Part shown: positions 32,506 to 57,490 of the stretch, one piece after another
Layout: each line of letters opens with the position of its first letter
Numbering within the stretch: the first letter of the stretch is position 1
NCBI GenBank assembly: GCA_012295275.1
Contig: CM022674.1
Span: 4,526,001-4,590,000 of the forward strand
DNA from: Chrysomallon squamiferum
Taxonomy: Eukaryota; Animalia; Mollusca
DNA length: 64,000 nt
Reading direction: 5' to 3'
The notes under the pieces: model-generated
What the model was told of the DNA's origin: nothing
Database searches by the model: none
Seen by the model: only the letters and a program-made list of their open reading frames with translations
Translations under genes and position numbers: made by a program

Positions 32506-33772
32506 CATTATTATTATTGTTGTTGTTGTTGTTGTTGTTGTTGCTGTTGCTGCTGCTGCTGCTGCTGATGTTGTTTTCTTGCTGGTGGTGGTGGTGTTCT
32601 TGTTCTTATAGTTGAAACATCTTGAAACTAATACCAAACAATTAGTTGAACTAAATGATAACTAGATAGTAACCATCAGCTTTGAATGGACATCATAGAC
32701 TACACTGAAATAATTTAGACTATCTATGATAGCATCCCGAGACCAAGACAATATCAATCCACAGGTAATTGAATAGTTGTCGCCATTGTATTATTATTGG
32801 GAAGATAATAAAGCTATGTTAGACAAGTCTTTATGTAGACATCAGTAAATTAATAAATACAAAAAATAATAAGAACAATAAATAAATAGATAAGGAAACA
32901 AATAAGATTAAAATAAATAAATTCATTAATTAGTTAAAACTGTGTTCTGCTAGTAGACTGACACAAAGATCAGATCCTGGTTTTCCATTAGCTTTAAGTA
33001 TTTCCTTCTCCCTAGCTGCAAATATGTGTCTGTAAGTAATTACAAATACTTGTTTGTCACTAGTAGCAAATATTTCTGTCGCTGGCTGCAGATATTTATT
33101 TGTAAGTGACTGCAAAAACCTGTTTATAACTAGGAGCAAATATTGTTTGTCGCTAACTGAAATTATTTCTTTGTAAGTAACTGTAAACATTTGTTTGTCA
33201 CTAGCTGCAAATACTCGCTGTAGTGACCTAGGCTACTTAGTAAAAATCTTCCAAGGTAAACTCTGAATGTGTGATGCGGGGAGAGTTATCGAGTGGGCTG
33301 GAGCTTGCATTCTTGGAGCAGGATTGATATGTCAGATGAATGTAGCATGCTACTCCGGAATGACTGGCTGATATTCCATTTGCTTCTAAACACGTTGGGC
33401 TATTGTTAAAGGTGGTGGTGTATCAGTAACAGTACGAGGATACAACTGATAACGGAAAACAACGTACATCTGGTGAAAGTACCAGGATAGCTAAACGGGA
33501 CTAAATGTCGCACTGGCTTTCTTCCTTCCATTTTGATCTGCCTTTTCTTACGCACATCCTAGCAAATCCACTTGTATGTATGTATGGATGATGACTACGA
33601 TCGACCTCAAACAGTCAGGACCGTACTCGAGTGTTTTAAAGAGGAAGCCATACACACTCTGCCATAACCTGTCTACAGTCTGCATCTCAACCTCATTGGA
33701 AATCTGTCGCACATTAAAAATGAATCCACTAATTCAATTTGTATGTGTGTGTGTTTGTGGCTGCGTGTGTAT

Positions 33773-33833
<61 letters not shown>

Positions 33834-34279
33834 CACATATACATATACATATACACATATACGTATGTATGTATATATATATATATATATGCTCATATGC
33901 TCACAAAGAGAAACATGCATATATATCTATATACGTATCTATCTGTCTAGCTAGCTATCTATCTAGCTATCTAGAAATGCCTTCAAACATATGTATTTAC
34001 ATAAACATACAAATGTGCTTTGCAGCAATATATCTATCATGGGTGTGGTTTTCATCATTTTTTTTTATACACCATGATAAAGCTCGTGTTTGTTTTGTTT
34101 TTTTTGTTGTTTTTTGTTGTTTTGTTGTTGTTTTTTTTGTTTTTTTTAGAATTAATATTTCAATCGGTGAAAATATTCGTTCAGTGTAAGTTTTCAGTGT
34201 CCACTTCTTACATTATTTAACACGTTTTCTTCTTTTTCTTCTTATTCTTCTTCTTCTTCTTCTTCTTATTATTATTATT

Positions 34280-34313
<34 letters not shown>

Positions 34314-34394
34314 TAATTTACATGTTATTAGCTTATCTTATTGAACTTGTCTCTGTTGTTAATCTTTGTGATTAGACATTTTCAACAATTCAAG

Positions 34395-37839
<3,445 letters not shown>

Positions 37840-39726
37840 ACGATATAATGCTCATTGTACAGAAACACTTATCCCTCAGAAATAAATACTGAAATGATAC
37901 TGTGTTATTCTATGCCACTTTATACAAAGTTTCAAGGTGTTTTTTGTTTTGCCTTGCCACAAAAAAAAAAAAATAATACAAAAAAAAGAATGATATTCGG
38001 TACAGAGTAAACCTGCACACAGATCAAACGCAAATATGTACGCAGACGCACAAACAGAAACACGCAAACACAGAGATGCGTACACAGCTAGGCACGCACA
38101 TAGACAATAATATCGACTGTTTGCGCAGTATACACTAGAGTTTAACTGTGTAATTATGTACTAGAGAACTGGTAACAGTAGTTAAAACGATCTCACTGAT
38201 ATTCAACTTACCGAACATCCTGACAAACCACGTTGACGGAACTTGTCAATCCAAGTAGTTACATTCACTGACAACTTTATTTAGTAACCTATTTTCAAGC
38301 TTGTACTTAAGGGTTATTAAAATCAGATATTTCAACGAGTGTGAATATTTATTACCTGTTCTCAAACAAGTATTTCAACTTAGATTGCTGAACTAAGTGG
38401 CGTTTAATTCGTGCCAATGAAAACAATAGTTAAGAAATAGTTTTAAACAAATGTTTTGAACTTGGACAAAGAAATTGTTGAAGTACACAAACTGTGAAAA
38501 TTAAAAATGAGAGAAAGAAAAAAATACGGAATAGCTAATCTTGTCAGAAGAAGATAAGGGGCGCATGAAAATACAAACATGCAGGTGAAAAGAGCTTCAA
38601 TAATATAGTAAAGAGCATACACAAAATAGCATCCACTTTCTAACAAGATATTACAAATATTGTTAGAAGTTTACTCTATAAAGGTCATGATGGTATCACG
38701 AAATTCCGAAATATCACATTGAGAAATCCTAATATAGGAAACATGAGCAGAAGCATATATATATATATATATATATATTACCTGATTATAGTGATTCACT
38801 TTGACATACATAAACACATATATATATATACCAAACAGGATCAATAAGACTTCAAACGTATTTTCAGATCTGTATGAGAAGTATCAAAGCTACCTGAAGT
38901 GTGTCACTCACTGTCTTCAGCAACCATCCACTAATCACAGGTTTAATTATTTATAATTCTCCAGCATAAGCAAAGAAAATAGCGTTAGAATATATCGGAC
39001 CACGTGATTGTCGTATCTGTCATCAATGAAACGATTTTACGTTTTGGATTTCCAACGTTTCTTTTAGGCACTATCTTATTATTTATAACACGTTAACACA
39101 TTACAAATAAAATATCAAAGTGAGTAGATAGTATCCATTTATTTGACTTCTTTCAGAGGTGGGTGTGCGCTTGTGTGCGTTTCTCTGTGTGTGTATCTTT
39201 CTCTGTGTGTGTATGAGTGTGTGCGGGGGTGTAAATTAATTTATCTAATTCCAAAAAAAAGAATTGTTTCTCGGCACAGTGCACGAAAATAATCAAACTG
39301 ATCTTGTCATAGTATCTTCAACCATATACAGTCTTCAGGTCTTTTTTACTTTTATGATATTTTCTTTTTTTTTTTTTAATTCTTTTTTTTTTTCTTTTCT
39401 GTCGTTTAGAGGTTCATATAATAATATTTTAGCCTTTCCCTAATGATTTCTAAATCATTTTTCTGCATTTACTGTCATTTTTATATTTTTATATTTTTTT
39501 AATTTTATTTTATATTTTTATTATTATTATTTTTTTTTTTTTTTTTTTTTTTTTGTATAGCTCCCATTTCAGTTCCTGACTCATCAATATTACGGAAAAT
39601 AGGAGGTTATTTCTAAAATACAGATACACTGTACAGCTAATGACCATTCAGTATTCATGTCTGTGTGTTTCGACTTATATCCGTTTATCTCTCTACATGT
39701 ATGTCTCCATGTCTGAATGTGTGTGT

Positions 39727-39773
<47 letters not shown>

Positions 39774-39907
39774 TCTCGTATTGCCTTTGTACAGCTAAAC
39801 AGAATACTTCTCACTCTGTACAGAACAAGATCAACGAATACACTATCACCGTCGTTTAAACTTTATTTTTTGGCATAAGCATTTCTGTACAACTAACATT
39901 GCACTGT

Positions 39908-43435
<3,528 letters not shown>

Positions 43436-44668
43436 CTTGAATTGTTGATATATCTCTAATCAAAAAGAAACAAAAATAAGTAAATATATTTCAACGAGAG
43501 AAAAAAAATAGTACTGATAGAAATGTGTAACAAAGTAAATGTTTCAGTATTTGCCACGGTTGGCTGACTCCAAATTTAGTCATCCGAGCAACCGAGATAG
43601 AAACAGATGACAATACACAATACACAATACACAATACACAATACACCACACAATAGTATACATCTCTGATTCCGGTAGAAATATCTTGGCATTATGAGTA
43701 ATCAGAAATCAGATCTTATATGTGTAAATAACTGCTAAGTCAGTACCCTTAAGTTCATTGAAAACAAATTAATAATAATAAAACTATATAATAATATATA
43801 AATAATAATAATATATATATATCTTTACTTTTATTATTATTAATATCGTTTCTGAATGTATACTAGAGCTAGCGATGACGCTTTACCAAAGTAACATCAT
43901 TTAAATAACAATATGTATTTTTGTTAATATTAAATACTCACATATCTATAAGGACACCTAGAACAACAATGAAACCTACAGTTTCCTCTCCAAGATTACC
44001 AGAAATAAATATGGTATACCTACCTCTGTGCTGAAAATAATATACATTTCTACGACAGAGCACTAAAAATGGAGCTGCATATGTCCATCTAGTAACAAAT
44101 AAAAATGACCATATTTGTAGAAATAAGTAAATATGTTAATACTAGTTGACATACGTAACAAGTAAATATGTTAATACTAGTACCTAGTCGATGCTGTGAT
44201 GATACGAACACAAATAATATTTTCACGCGTTTAAAATTCTAATTCTGAAAACAGAACTCTACCAGTTAGGTTTTCCGTGTCTACTAATATTCTGCAGGTT
44301 TGGAACATGAGAACATAAACGACAAAGACATCGAGGCAATGGAATAAATTTAAATATTTTACCAGTTAAAAGCTTTATCATCATGAAGTGTATTGTAATA
44401 AAGCCATAGAATCAGTGGATTCATTGCAAATACATATATATCTCTGTCTGCTTTCGTACGTATAGTGTGGGTGTATATGTATGCTTATATGTGTTTGTAT
44501 GTTTGCATATATGTATATATCTACGTGTGTGTGTATGTATGTATGAACTATATGAATTATCGATTGCATGTTCCGTAGAGTGTGTCTGTTAGTCTGTTTA
44601 TCTGTAATTTATTAAGTACTTACATATCTGCCCTTTTTCTTTTGTATCTGTTTATATATGTATTCATC

Positions 44669-44701
<33 letters not shown>

Positions 44702-44801
44702 GTATGTATATTTATGTGTGTTTCTATGTGTCCTTATATGTGGAGGTGTTTTCTCTGTCTATCTTGGTGTCTATCTGTCTATCTATCTGTCTATCTGTCT
44801 A

Positions 44802-44853
<52 letters not shown>

Positions 44854-45404
44854 TGTCACTTTCTATCTATTGGATGTTATTTGTTTCCATTTTTGACTCC
44901 GTATTTTAACTGAATATGGAATACACAGATATGCACACATATACACAGATATACAAACATACACATAGAACATACGCACACACTCAGATACACGCACATA
45001 CACACGCATGCATAGCGTAAAAAAAATTGATAATAAATGCAGAAGAAATGATAGAATATATATATAGATAAACTGTACTGCTAGTGACCATTCAGTATTC
45101 ATGTCTATGTGTGTCAATTTACATATATATATATCTCTGTATGTGTGTGTGCGTGTATGTGTGTGTGTGAATGACAGTACGTGTCTCTGTCCGTACGTCG
45201 GAATGTGTGCATATCTGTGTCTGTCACTTTGTGTTCATATTTTGAAAAAATCAAATCTCACGTATTGCCTTTGTATAGCTAAACAGAATACTTCTCACTC
45301 TGTACAGAACAAGATCAACGAATACACTATCACCGGCGTTTACACTTTATTTTTTGTTTTTCGGCATAATTACATGCATTTCTGTACAACTAACATTGCA
45401 TTGT

Positions 45405-45666
45405 CTAACATTTCATATTTCCACCGTCTTTGCAAACACAGGTCTCTTCCCACCACCACCAGCCTCCTGAGGTTTTAGTACCTGGTTTGAGACACTCGCC
45501 GCTCACTTTGCAACCTGAAATATGTGAAATAAGACAAATAGATCGACAAACAGATCGTCAGGTTCATTATCTATAGTATCTAAATATCATTCACAACAAA
45601 CAATAACAAACTTTCGTAACAAGAAGAAATGAATGTAGAATGTTCTGGTTAACAGTCTTTTTCTTT

Positions 45667-45716
<50 letters not shown>

Positions 45717-46611
45717 CTTTTTTTCTGAAAGATAACTCTCAAATTTATGTTAAAATGTTCGTACAAATTCGGTCTTGTTGTCTACGACAAATCTTTTTTT
45801 TTTTTTCCATTTTTTCTACAGATGGTCCTTTGGCGTATTTGAGGGAATCTGAACGTCAAGAAGAAAGATTAGAGTAACATGAACCTGAATATCCATTAGC
45901 TTAGAGTGTCTCGCAAGGACAGAGAACAGGATAAGATATCAACATAGTTCCTATAGTTTCATGACAGTTTTATAATAGTGGTCTTAGTTAACACCATCAT
46001 GCAACTTGTTAGTGCTGGCTGGTAAAGATGTATCGGATGGAAACCTATCGACAGTAACCCAAAATATGACCGCTGACTTATACAGTGGTGTACAGCTATA
46101 TTATCTATCAAAGTCTCGGTGGTTATGATATGCTGATGTGTACGGTTTTAAGACATATTTGAAAACAGTTGGCAGAAACAATTATTATTACCTCGGCTTT
46201 GTCTCACAAACATGCCTGTTTCGGTACAGCGGCGAAATTCGCATCCTACTTCTATGATTACATCTACCTTCACGCACTCTATGTAATGTTTAACTTCACA
46301 CGTCACAGCTCAAAGAAAGAAAGAAAGAAAGAATCAAAAAAAAAATAGAAAAGATAATAAAACATTTGAAACATTCATTGGCGTTAAAGCAATCGTTAAC
46401 ATATCACAAAACAATTCCTACAGTAAAAAAAAAAAAAAAAAAAAAAATAACTGGCAACTGTGATATTTAAAATCAAATCAGAAAAAAAAAAAAAAAAAAG
46501 AAAAATGAAGCAAACATAAGGCCAATGATGCTGTTATTCTAAAAGTTATTAGCTTCTTCATGTTCATCATCATCAAGGTCGATTGCTGTTTTATAATCCC
46601 CCTCCGTTTAC

Positions 46612-46681
<70 letters not shown>

Positions 46682-46713
46682 CATCATTATTATTAGTAGT
46701 AGTATTATTATCA

Positions 46714-46744
<31 letters not shown>

Positions 46745-46752
46745 CATCATCA

Positions 46753-46783
<31 letters not shown>

Positions 46784-46791
46784 CATCATCA

Positions 46792-46845
<54 letters not shown>

Positions 46846-47228
46846 GTAACTCTACAATAGTAAATCATCGTCATCAGGACCAAAATTAAGAAAATTATTA
46901 TTTATTAATGCTATTATTATTATTATTATAACTATAACATCATTACTATTGTTATGTCGAAATCACTTACAAGAGGCTGTAACATCTTTATAAACATTGA
47001 ACTTTAAAAGTATGTGTTCGTCATGCTTCATTATAATGACTTTGTAACTTAACTTCCCACATTTAGTCCATCTATACATCCCTGTAGCTAGAATTCGAGT
47101 ACCATACATGTCAACGTCTGTGAAATAGGAGATTGTGATATCCAGTTATTGTTCACAAACAGTTACATTCGCAAACACACGCAGACACACACCCGCACAT
47201 ACACAAACATACACAGACAGACAGACAG

Positions 47229-47262
<34 letters not shown>

Positions 47263-47447
47263 ACATACAAAATATTAAAAGGTGATGTATATGACACTGA
47301 CAGGGTTGTGTTAATGGCACTGTGATATCGGCGACGTCCAATATATTGACAACATCTACATCAGTAGTATCTAGTATAGAGAAGATCCAGGAAAAAGTCA
47401 TCAGGCTAAATATATATATATATATATATGTGTATTTATGTGTGTGT

Positions 47448-47480
<33 letters not shown>

Positions 47481-47595
47481 CATTTGTATGTATATAGATA
47501 AAGATATATAGATAGATAGATATGGATAGATAGATATATACATACATACATATATACATAGATATATACATACATACATACATACATAGATACAT

Positions 47596-47632
<37 letters not shown>

Positions 47633-47633
47633 G

Positions 47634-47700
<67 letters not shown>

Positions 47701-48347
47701 CAGACATACATACAGAAAAATGTATTTATTTATTTATTTAATCTGGAATAACTGCTATAGAAACATTTCCAGAAAATACTTACAAGAATCAGTCTCATTA
47801 ATCACGATACCACTCTTATCACAGACGAGTTTAGCTGACCCGTGAAAACTGAATTCATGGACTAAACTGCCTACTGCAAATTTGCCCCACTCAGTCCTAC
47901 ACTGATCCACATACTCATCGTAAAAAGCTACGTGACCTGAAATAGGCAGGTATACAGATCAGATTCTCTGTGTGTTCCCTGTTCTCTTTAGTCCCTATCA
48001 ATTATTACTTGTCACTGTTGTTATCATTATCATTATTCTTATTGTTTTTGTTGTTGTTGTTGTTCACGTTATTGATGATGCTGCTGCTGTGGTTCCTGCT
48101 GTTTTTCTTGTTATTGTATTTTTTTTATATTTTTTTTATTTTTATTTTTTTATTTTTTTTGTTAATTTTTTTTTCGTGTTCTCCACTTCTAATACATTTT
48201 AATCATATATAATACTAATCTTTTCTTTTTCTTCTTTTGTATTTAACAAACGTAAAATGACTTACTTGAGCGCTCAAAGGCAATAAGAAGAGACTGCACG
48301 TGTCGGAATGATGACATCATCAGCATGAGTAACGCTAGAGCAGACAT
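45405..48347 (-). CDS. Secreted Cys-rich poly-Trp family protein, copy G (202 aa)
   Basis: Exons (minus) 48347-48266, 47936-47784, 47117-46971, 46308-46192, 45514-45405. MSALALLMLMMSSFRHVQSLLIAFERS/SHVAFYDEYVDQCRTEWGKFAVGSLVHEFSFHGSAKLVCDKSGIVINETDS/YVDMYGTRILATGMYRWTKCGKLSYKVIIMKHDEHILLKFNVYKDVTAS/SVTCEVKHYIECVKVDVIIEVGCEFRRCTETGMFVRQSR/GCKVSGECLKPGTKTSGGWWWWEETCVCKDGGNMKC*. The exon-4 acceptor is an uncommon GAG. Confidence 0.85.
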
Positions 48348-48652
48348 CTTGAATTACTGATTATCTCTGACCAAGAAAACAAACACATAATAGGTGAATA
48401 TGGTAATTCCACGAGCAAAAAAAAAAATGCTACAATTAATTAAGTTAGTACTAAACAGAAACGTATGACAAGTAAATGTATCAATATTTGCCACGGATAA
48501 ATTCAGCCACCCGTGCAACCGAGAGATAAACCTAAAAACGAACATAAACCATTATTGCAATTGTTTCCAAGCGATATAAATCTCTGTGTCGGTAGGTTAC
48601 TACAAGAGATGTATTGGATATAGGAATAATCAGAGATCAGATTTTATATATA

Positions 48653-48800
48653 TGTAACAAGTGAATACGGTAATACTAGTAGAAACATGTAACAAGTGAA
48701 TGCGGTAATACTAGTAGAAACATGTAACAAGTGAATACGGTAATACTAGTAGAAACATGTAACAAGTGAATACGGTAATACTAGTAGAAACGTAACATGT
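48653..48800 (-). repeat. 35-bp upstream minisatellite, copy G
   Basis: GTGAATACGGTAATACTAGTAGAAACATGTAACAA starting at 48661, 48696, 48731 and 48766. Confidence 0.88.
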
Positions 48801-49393
48801 AAATATAATAACAACAACAATAACAACAACAACAATAATAATAATAATAATAATAATAATGATGATGATAAAACACTCTAATAAAAGTAGTCATCGCTGT
48901 GAATATACGAAGAGCAAAACTTACACTAAGCAAATATCTTTCGGTTGAAATACTGTTCATAGTGAGTTTGATTGCGTGTAAAATTTCAGCAGTCTGAAAA
49001 CACGAGATAAATGACAGAGATAAATTGTTCCGAATAAATTTAAATATTATACAGTTTAAATCGTGTTCAGACCTGCGCATTACTAGTATATGTTATAAAT
49101 TTATTTATTTATGTATTTATGTATTTATTTATTCATTTATTGTTGTTTCCAAGCTGTTTGTCATAACACTGGCGTGAATTCATTACGTACATACACACTC
49201 TGATCGTAGTAGTAAATACACTTCAGGCAGTAGAATGATATAAAACCTGGAACTGAAGATCTGATCAGAGGATCACAGTTTCACGACAAGACCAGAAAGT
49301 GAAGATGAACGTGAGGTACAGAAAGCTGTAATATAAATAACCGTACGTCGTGGAACTGTTATTTTCTACATAAAATTTACGTTCTTGTCTTAC

Positions 49394-49540
<147 letters not shown>

Positions 49541-50433
49541 TTTAAAGAAATTAGCTTTAACAGGAGACTGAGGAAAAATTATCTAATTATAATTTCAAAC
49601 CGGTTCTGACACCAATGATTTCGAATTTCTAACAAAAATCGTCATCAGTTCTAAAAGTCACAACTATCCTCTCTCACAAACATAGCCAATTTCAATGGTA
49701 TGATTAATGATTTCGTTAGTTCATTTGTCATTGACAGTTTCTATCACCTTTTTAGACATTGTAAGAGTGTTTGTTACGTATTAAAATTTCATGACGTCTG
49801 TTGACTATTAATGATATCTCCCAGGTATTTTGATTTGAGAATGTCTGTCAGTTATTGAGACTTGATTATGTTTGATCTACGAAAAATGTAAAAATAAAAC
49901 TCAGTTGAGTATGTGAATTGAATAAAGCGAGCTGATCGTATGCGTTAGCCATTGAAAAATGATGGTGTCTTTAAGATAATGAGATATTGTCATGTATTTA
50001 TACTTTATTACATCTATCGTGTTTTTAGACTTTTTTTTTAATTGCTGTTAGTGAGACGTCTGACAGTAATTGAAACTTGGTTGAATCAATCAGTTATTAA
50101 CAGCAGAAGATGTCTGTCACCTTATTTAAACTTGCTATCGAGACTTGATGGTGACTTTCAGCTGTTGAAAGTGGAAGGTTTTTGAAAGTCGTTGCGAGCG
50201 AAATGATGGAGATTTTCATGTGTACTGGTACAGAATAACCTAATATGAATCCTAAATTGATGCAGATATTTCTCCGATATTTGTCGCCACCGTTACCACG
50301 TCTACTGTGAACTCTCAAGAAAGAATAATCAGACTAAAGTATTTTATTTCTGATCAGACTCTTCTATCACTATCTATTTACAGTGATATCTTTATTTCCA
50401 TTTTTGTAATAACAATTTCCTTTCATTCCCTTT

Positions 50434-50466
<33 letters not shown>

Positions 50467-50517
50467 AGTTATATCTATATCTATATCTTTATATATGTTT
50501 TCCAAAAAAATCCTTGC

Positions 50518-50663
50518 ATACCTCTGTCAGATTCATTGCCAGACCATCCTGTAAGCATCTAAGTAGAGTTCTGACATGGCAACGTGAATCTATTACGATG
50601 TCACCTGGTTTAAGTATGCCAGAGGATGTTGTACATTCACCCGTGTTTTTATCGAAAGTAAAA
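50518..50663 (-). pseudogene. Highly divergent orphan exon-2 homolog with degraded splice sites
   Basis: FDKNTGECTTSSGILKPGDIVIDSRCHVRTLLRCLQDGLAMNLTEV keeps the family C-x25-C spacing and 12 residues to the donor position. The donor reads GCAAGG and the acceptor AG is missing. Sequence at ~50100-50420 matches family intron 2 (compare 42110-42400). Confidence 0.6.
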
Positions 50664-50766
50664 CAAAATGAATATAGGTATATAGTTCTGTCTTTCTGTG
50701 TGTATGTGTAAATGTTTGTAAGTATATATGCATCTATATGTGTTAGCATATATGTGGGTTTGACTC

Positions 50767-50812
<46 letters not shown>

Positions 50813-52006
50813 GTGTGTATATATATGTAGTGTTTCTGTTGTTTCTGTTTATCTATCCATGTAACTACCTATTTCTCTATCTATCGAATAATATATCAGT
50901 TCATCTGTCCCTGTAGATATCAGTATCACGGTATATCGATATATCTTCTACCCCGAAATCTGCATATCTGCCTATCAATCTATAACTATATCTTCTATTA
51001 AACTATCTGCGACTTGTCAATTTATCCACCTTAAACTGAATGAAGATTTCTCGATATATCTCTTCGTGTTTCCCTCTGGTCGAGGAATAGAAAATTCTAC
51101 ATGCTCTACCATTCATAATGGAGTCTCTGGGTCAACTAACGTAAGTTCTGCGCAAGGAGAAGCATGTACGTCACCACACCGCCTGAAATATATCTCCTCT
51201 AGAACGCTGATGGAGGGGGGTCAGGGCTTTTTGCAGACCAGTGAAAATCTAGAATTTAAGCTGTGAACTAACAGATCACATTACGAGAGCGAACGATGTC
51301 GACTACGAAATCTGCTCTGTTTGAAAGGTCAAGACCATCAAAATGCAGTCTTTTCCTGGAAGTGAATAACAGATTCTTTGTTGCTGTTTTTTTTTACGCA
51401 TGGACACAGTTGATACTCTTGCAAGGCTAATTACTCTGCACAACCGATGAAGACTGTGGTCCTCCACATCCTTATGTATGCTTACTATTGCAACTGCTGC
51501 TACTACTATTGCGTCTACTACTACTGCAACTATTATTACTAACACTAATCTCTACTACTACCAGAAACTCTCTTGTTGCTACAACAATCATGGCTACTAC
51601 TACGAGAAGTGTTACTGCTGTACTTGATAATCATTATAACTACTAACACAGTGTTGTACTACTATAGCTACAGCAACTGCTAATATTACTTTTACAACTG
51701 GTACTATAGCTAGAGCTACAAATACTGTAAAGGATTCTCCCAAGGAAATGTCTTTTGGTATTTCTGAGTGTTTCTGGCACTACCATAATACCGACTGAAA
51801 ATTGTGCTTTACTGAACGTGTGTTGCTTGTTGAGTTCAACTGGTGTCTTGACATTGGGTTCGGCTAATTTTCTCTTACGAAACTGAACTTTCTGATTACA
51901 TCGAAGCTGCAATTATATTATTTTAGCTATACCAAACTATTCTATTTGTTTATTGTTTGTTTTAGTTGTATTTTATTCTTGTCTTTTTTTCTTGTTTTTT
52001 GTTGTT

Positions 52007-52043
<37 letters not shown>

Positions 52044-52378
52044 TTATTTTTTTTTTTTTTTTTTTTTTTTTACATGTTTTAATGTTGTGTATTTGCTTCA
52101 CATTAAGTTCAAACTTTTGTTTTTCAATTTTATACAACAGTTTTTAACTAAAAGTTTCATTAGGATGAACTAATTGTTTGTACCTTAGTTTAGCTACTTG
52201 TTTGACACCAGAATCAAATACTTACTTGATACAAGCTTTTAATGCCAGATATATCAATATTATGGAAACTAAGAGGTTATTTCTAATATACTGTTACTGT
52301 TAATGACAATTCAGTATTCATGTCTATGTGTTTCAATTTACATCTGTGTATCAATGTATGTGTGTGTGTGTGTCGGCA

Positions 52379-52418
<40 letters not shown>

Positions 52419-52592
52419 AGAGTACGTGTCTCTTTCCGCACGTCGGAATGTGTGCATATCTGTGTGTGTCACTTTGTGTTTATATTTTAGGAAATCAAAT
52501 CTCACGTATTACCTTTATACAGCTGAACATGGTATTTCTCACTCTGTACAGAACAACATAGAGTATCTCCGTTAATTAAACTTTATTTCTAA

Positions 52593-52623
<31 letters not shown>

Positions 52624-52646
52624 TTCGATACAAGAAGCATTTATCG

Positions 52647-55312
<2,666 letters not shown>

Positions 55313-55379
55313 CTTGAAATGTTGACTATCTCTAACGAAAAAGAAACAAGCAAGTAGATACATAGAAAAAGTGAACGTT

Positions 55380-55830
55380 GATACAAATATAAGCATGTAA
55401 CAAGTGAATACAGTAATATTAGTAGAAGCATGTAGCAAGTGAACACGGTAACATTAGTAGAAACATGTAAAAAGTCAATACGGTAATATTAGTAGAAGCA
55501 TGTAGCAAGTGAACACGGTAATATTAGTAGAAAACGTAAAAACTGAATACGGTAATATTAGTAGAAACATCTAAAAAGTGAATACGGTAATACTAGTATA
55601 AATATCTAACAAGTGAATACGGTAATACTACAATAAACTTGTAAAAAGTGAACACGGTAATACTAGTAGAAACATGTACAAACTGAATACGGTAATATTA
55701 GTAGAAACATGTAACAAGTGAATACGGTAATATTAGTAATACCTGCTTGCGATAATATTAATTCGGTAAATACAACACCTGAATACTGCAATACTAGTAG
55801 AAACAAGTAAAGAATGTAATCCTAGTAGCA
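55380..55830 (-). repeat. 35-bp upstream minisatellite, copy H (~12 units)
   Basis: Same unit as upstream of G, starting ~70 bp from the ATG. Confidence 0.85.
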
Positions 55831-55867
55831 ATGTAAGAAATAAATAACAATAATAATGATGATGATG

Positions 55868-55933
<66 letters not shown>

Positions 55934-56299
55934 TTAATAAAAACACCTTAATAAATGTATGTAGTCGATCCTATGAACATCCGAAGAGAAATCTTACACT
56001 TGGCTGATATATTTCGGTTCTAATACTATTTGTAATGTGTTTTATGTGTCTCACAGATTTCACCACTGAAAATGTGAGTACATAAATGACAGAGACAGAA
56101 AGTAATTCAGAATAAATTTAAATATTTTCCGATTCAAATGGTTATTTTATTTTATTTTTCTCTATTTATTTTTTTTAAGCCATGTCGCATAATCCAATAG
56201 TTAATTCATTACATACATATACCCTCGGATCCTGGAGTGAAAAACGTATATGTATATGTTGAATAATGTGATGTGTCATAATCAAAAGAAAAAAACCTA

Positions 56300-56546
56300 T
56301 TAATATATTTCATCAATGAAAGGCTTTTAGCTGCGAGATATTTAAATTTATTCATAATGCCTTGCTGTATCTGTCGTTTATGGCCTCATACTTTAAAAAT
56401 TTTATTATTAATTACGTGAAAGTTTTAGGTTGGTGTGCGTTTTCACTCCATGTCTTCCTAACATATTATCATTACTGTTATTATTATTATTATTATTAAT
56501 ATTATTCTTATTATTCTTATTATTATTATCATTATTATTATTATTA

Positions 56547-56585
<39 letters not shown>

Positions 56586-57490
56586 GAAGTATTGTTATTA
56601 TTATCATCATCATCATCAATATCATCATTACCATTATTGTTTTAATTGTTATTCTTAACATTTTCGTGTGTTGCAAGTATCTAGTAATGTGAACATTTTA
56701 ATTGTTGAAATATTCTACTAGTATTAACACATTTACTTCGTATATCTTTCTACTAGCATTAACTATTTACTTCTTACTACTAGTTTCTACTAACTAATAG
56801 TTAATCTAGTATTAACAGATTTACTTGTTGCATGGTTCTACTAGTATTAACATATTTACTTGCTACATGTTTATATAGTGTTAACCTATTTGTTACATGT
56901 TTCTACAGTGTTATCATATTTATTTCCTACATGTTTATACTAGCATTAACATATTATTTGTTACGTTTCTATTAGTATTAACATATTTACTTGCTCTATG
57001 TTTTCTACTAGACTTTAACATATTGAACTGTTACATGTTTCTACCAGAGATTAAAGAAAGACGGTTGCAATTACAAAAGAAGAACATTTCACCACTGAAC
57101 AACTGTAAAGTTCAGATGAAGACAGCTTACTGTATCGTTGTTGCTTAGATGTGATTGCTATGACAAGATGTGTGATATTCACTACAGTAGTTTAGCGGCA
57201 TTTCAGACTGTGCCTCTGGTTCTCTTGCTGATTAAATTGTAGGTTTCATTCATGTAGTACACTGTCTCAAGCACTTGTAGGTTTGTGCTGATTTACTGTT
57301 AGTACGCAAACGATACATAGACATATACCTCTGGGAGAACTTTTGGACATTCCGTGTTTTGAGTTCCTCTCTAGGTTTCTGGGGATGACTGAATATTTCG
57401 AGTCAGTTACCGATATTTGGGTTTTATCCGCATGACAAACATCGATACATTTACCTGTTATATACCTCTAGTAGGATAAACCTATTTATG
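56300..57490 (+). promoter_or_regulatory. Orphan family 5'-flank (minisatellite 56680-57045 plus upstream blocks) with no coding exon after it
   Basis: Matches the family upstream blocks in plus orientation (atttaaatttattc..ctgtcgtttatg; aaagttcagatg; gtaggtttcatt; catttacctgtta), then similarity stops before the ATG exon. Confidence 0.55.

Noticed and set aside
51066-51360. GC-richer stretch with a 66-aa ORF
   Set aside because: No recognisable motif, splice partners or paralog; cannot be supported as a gene.
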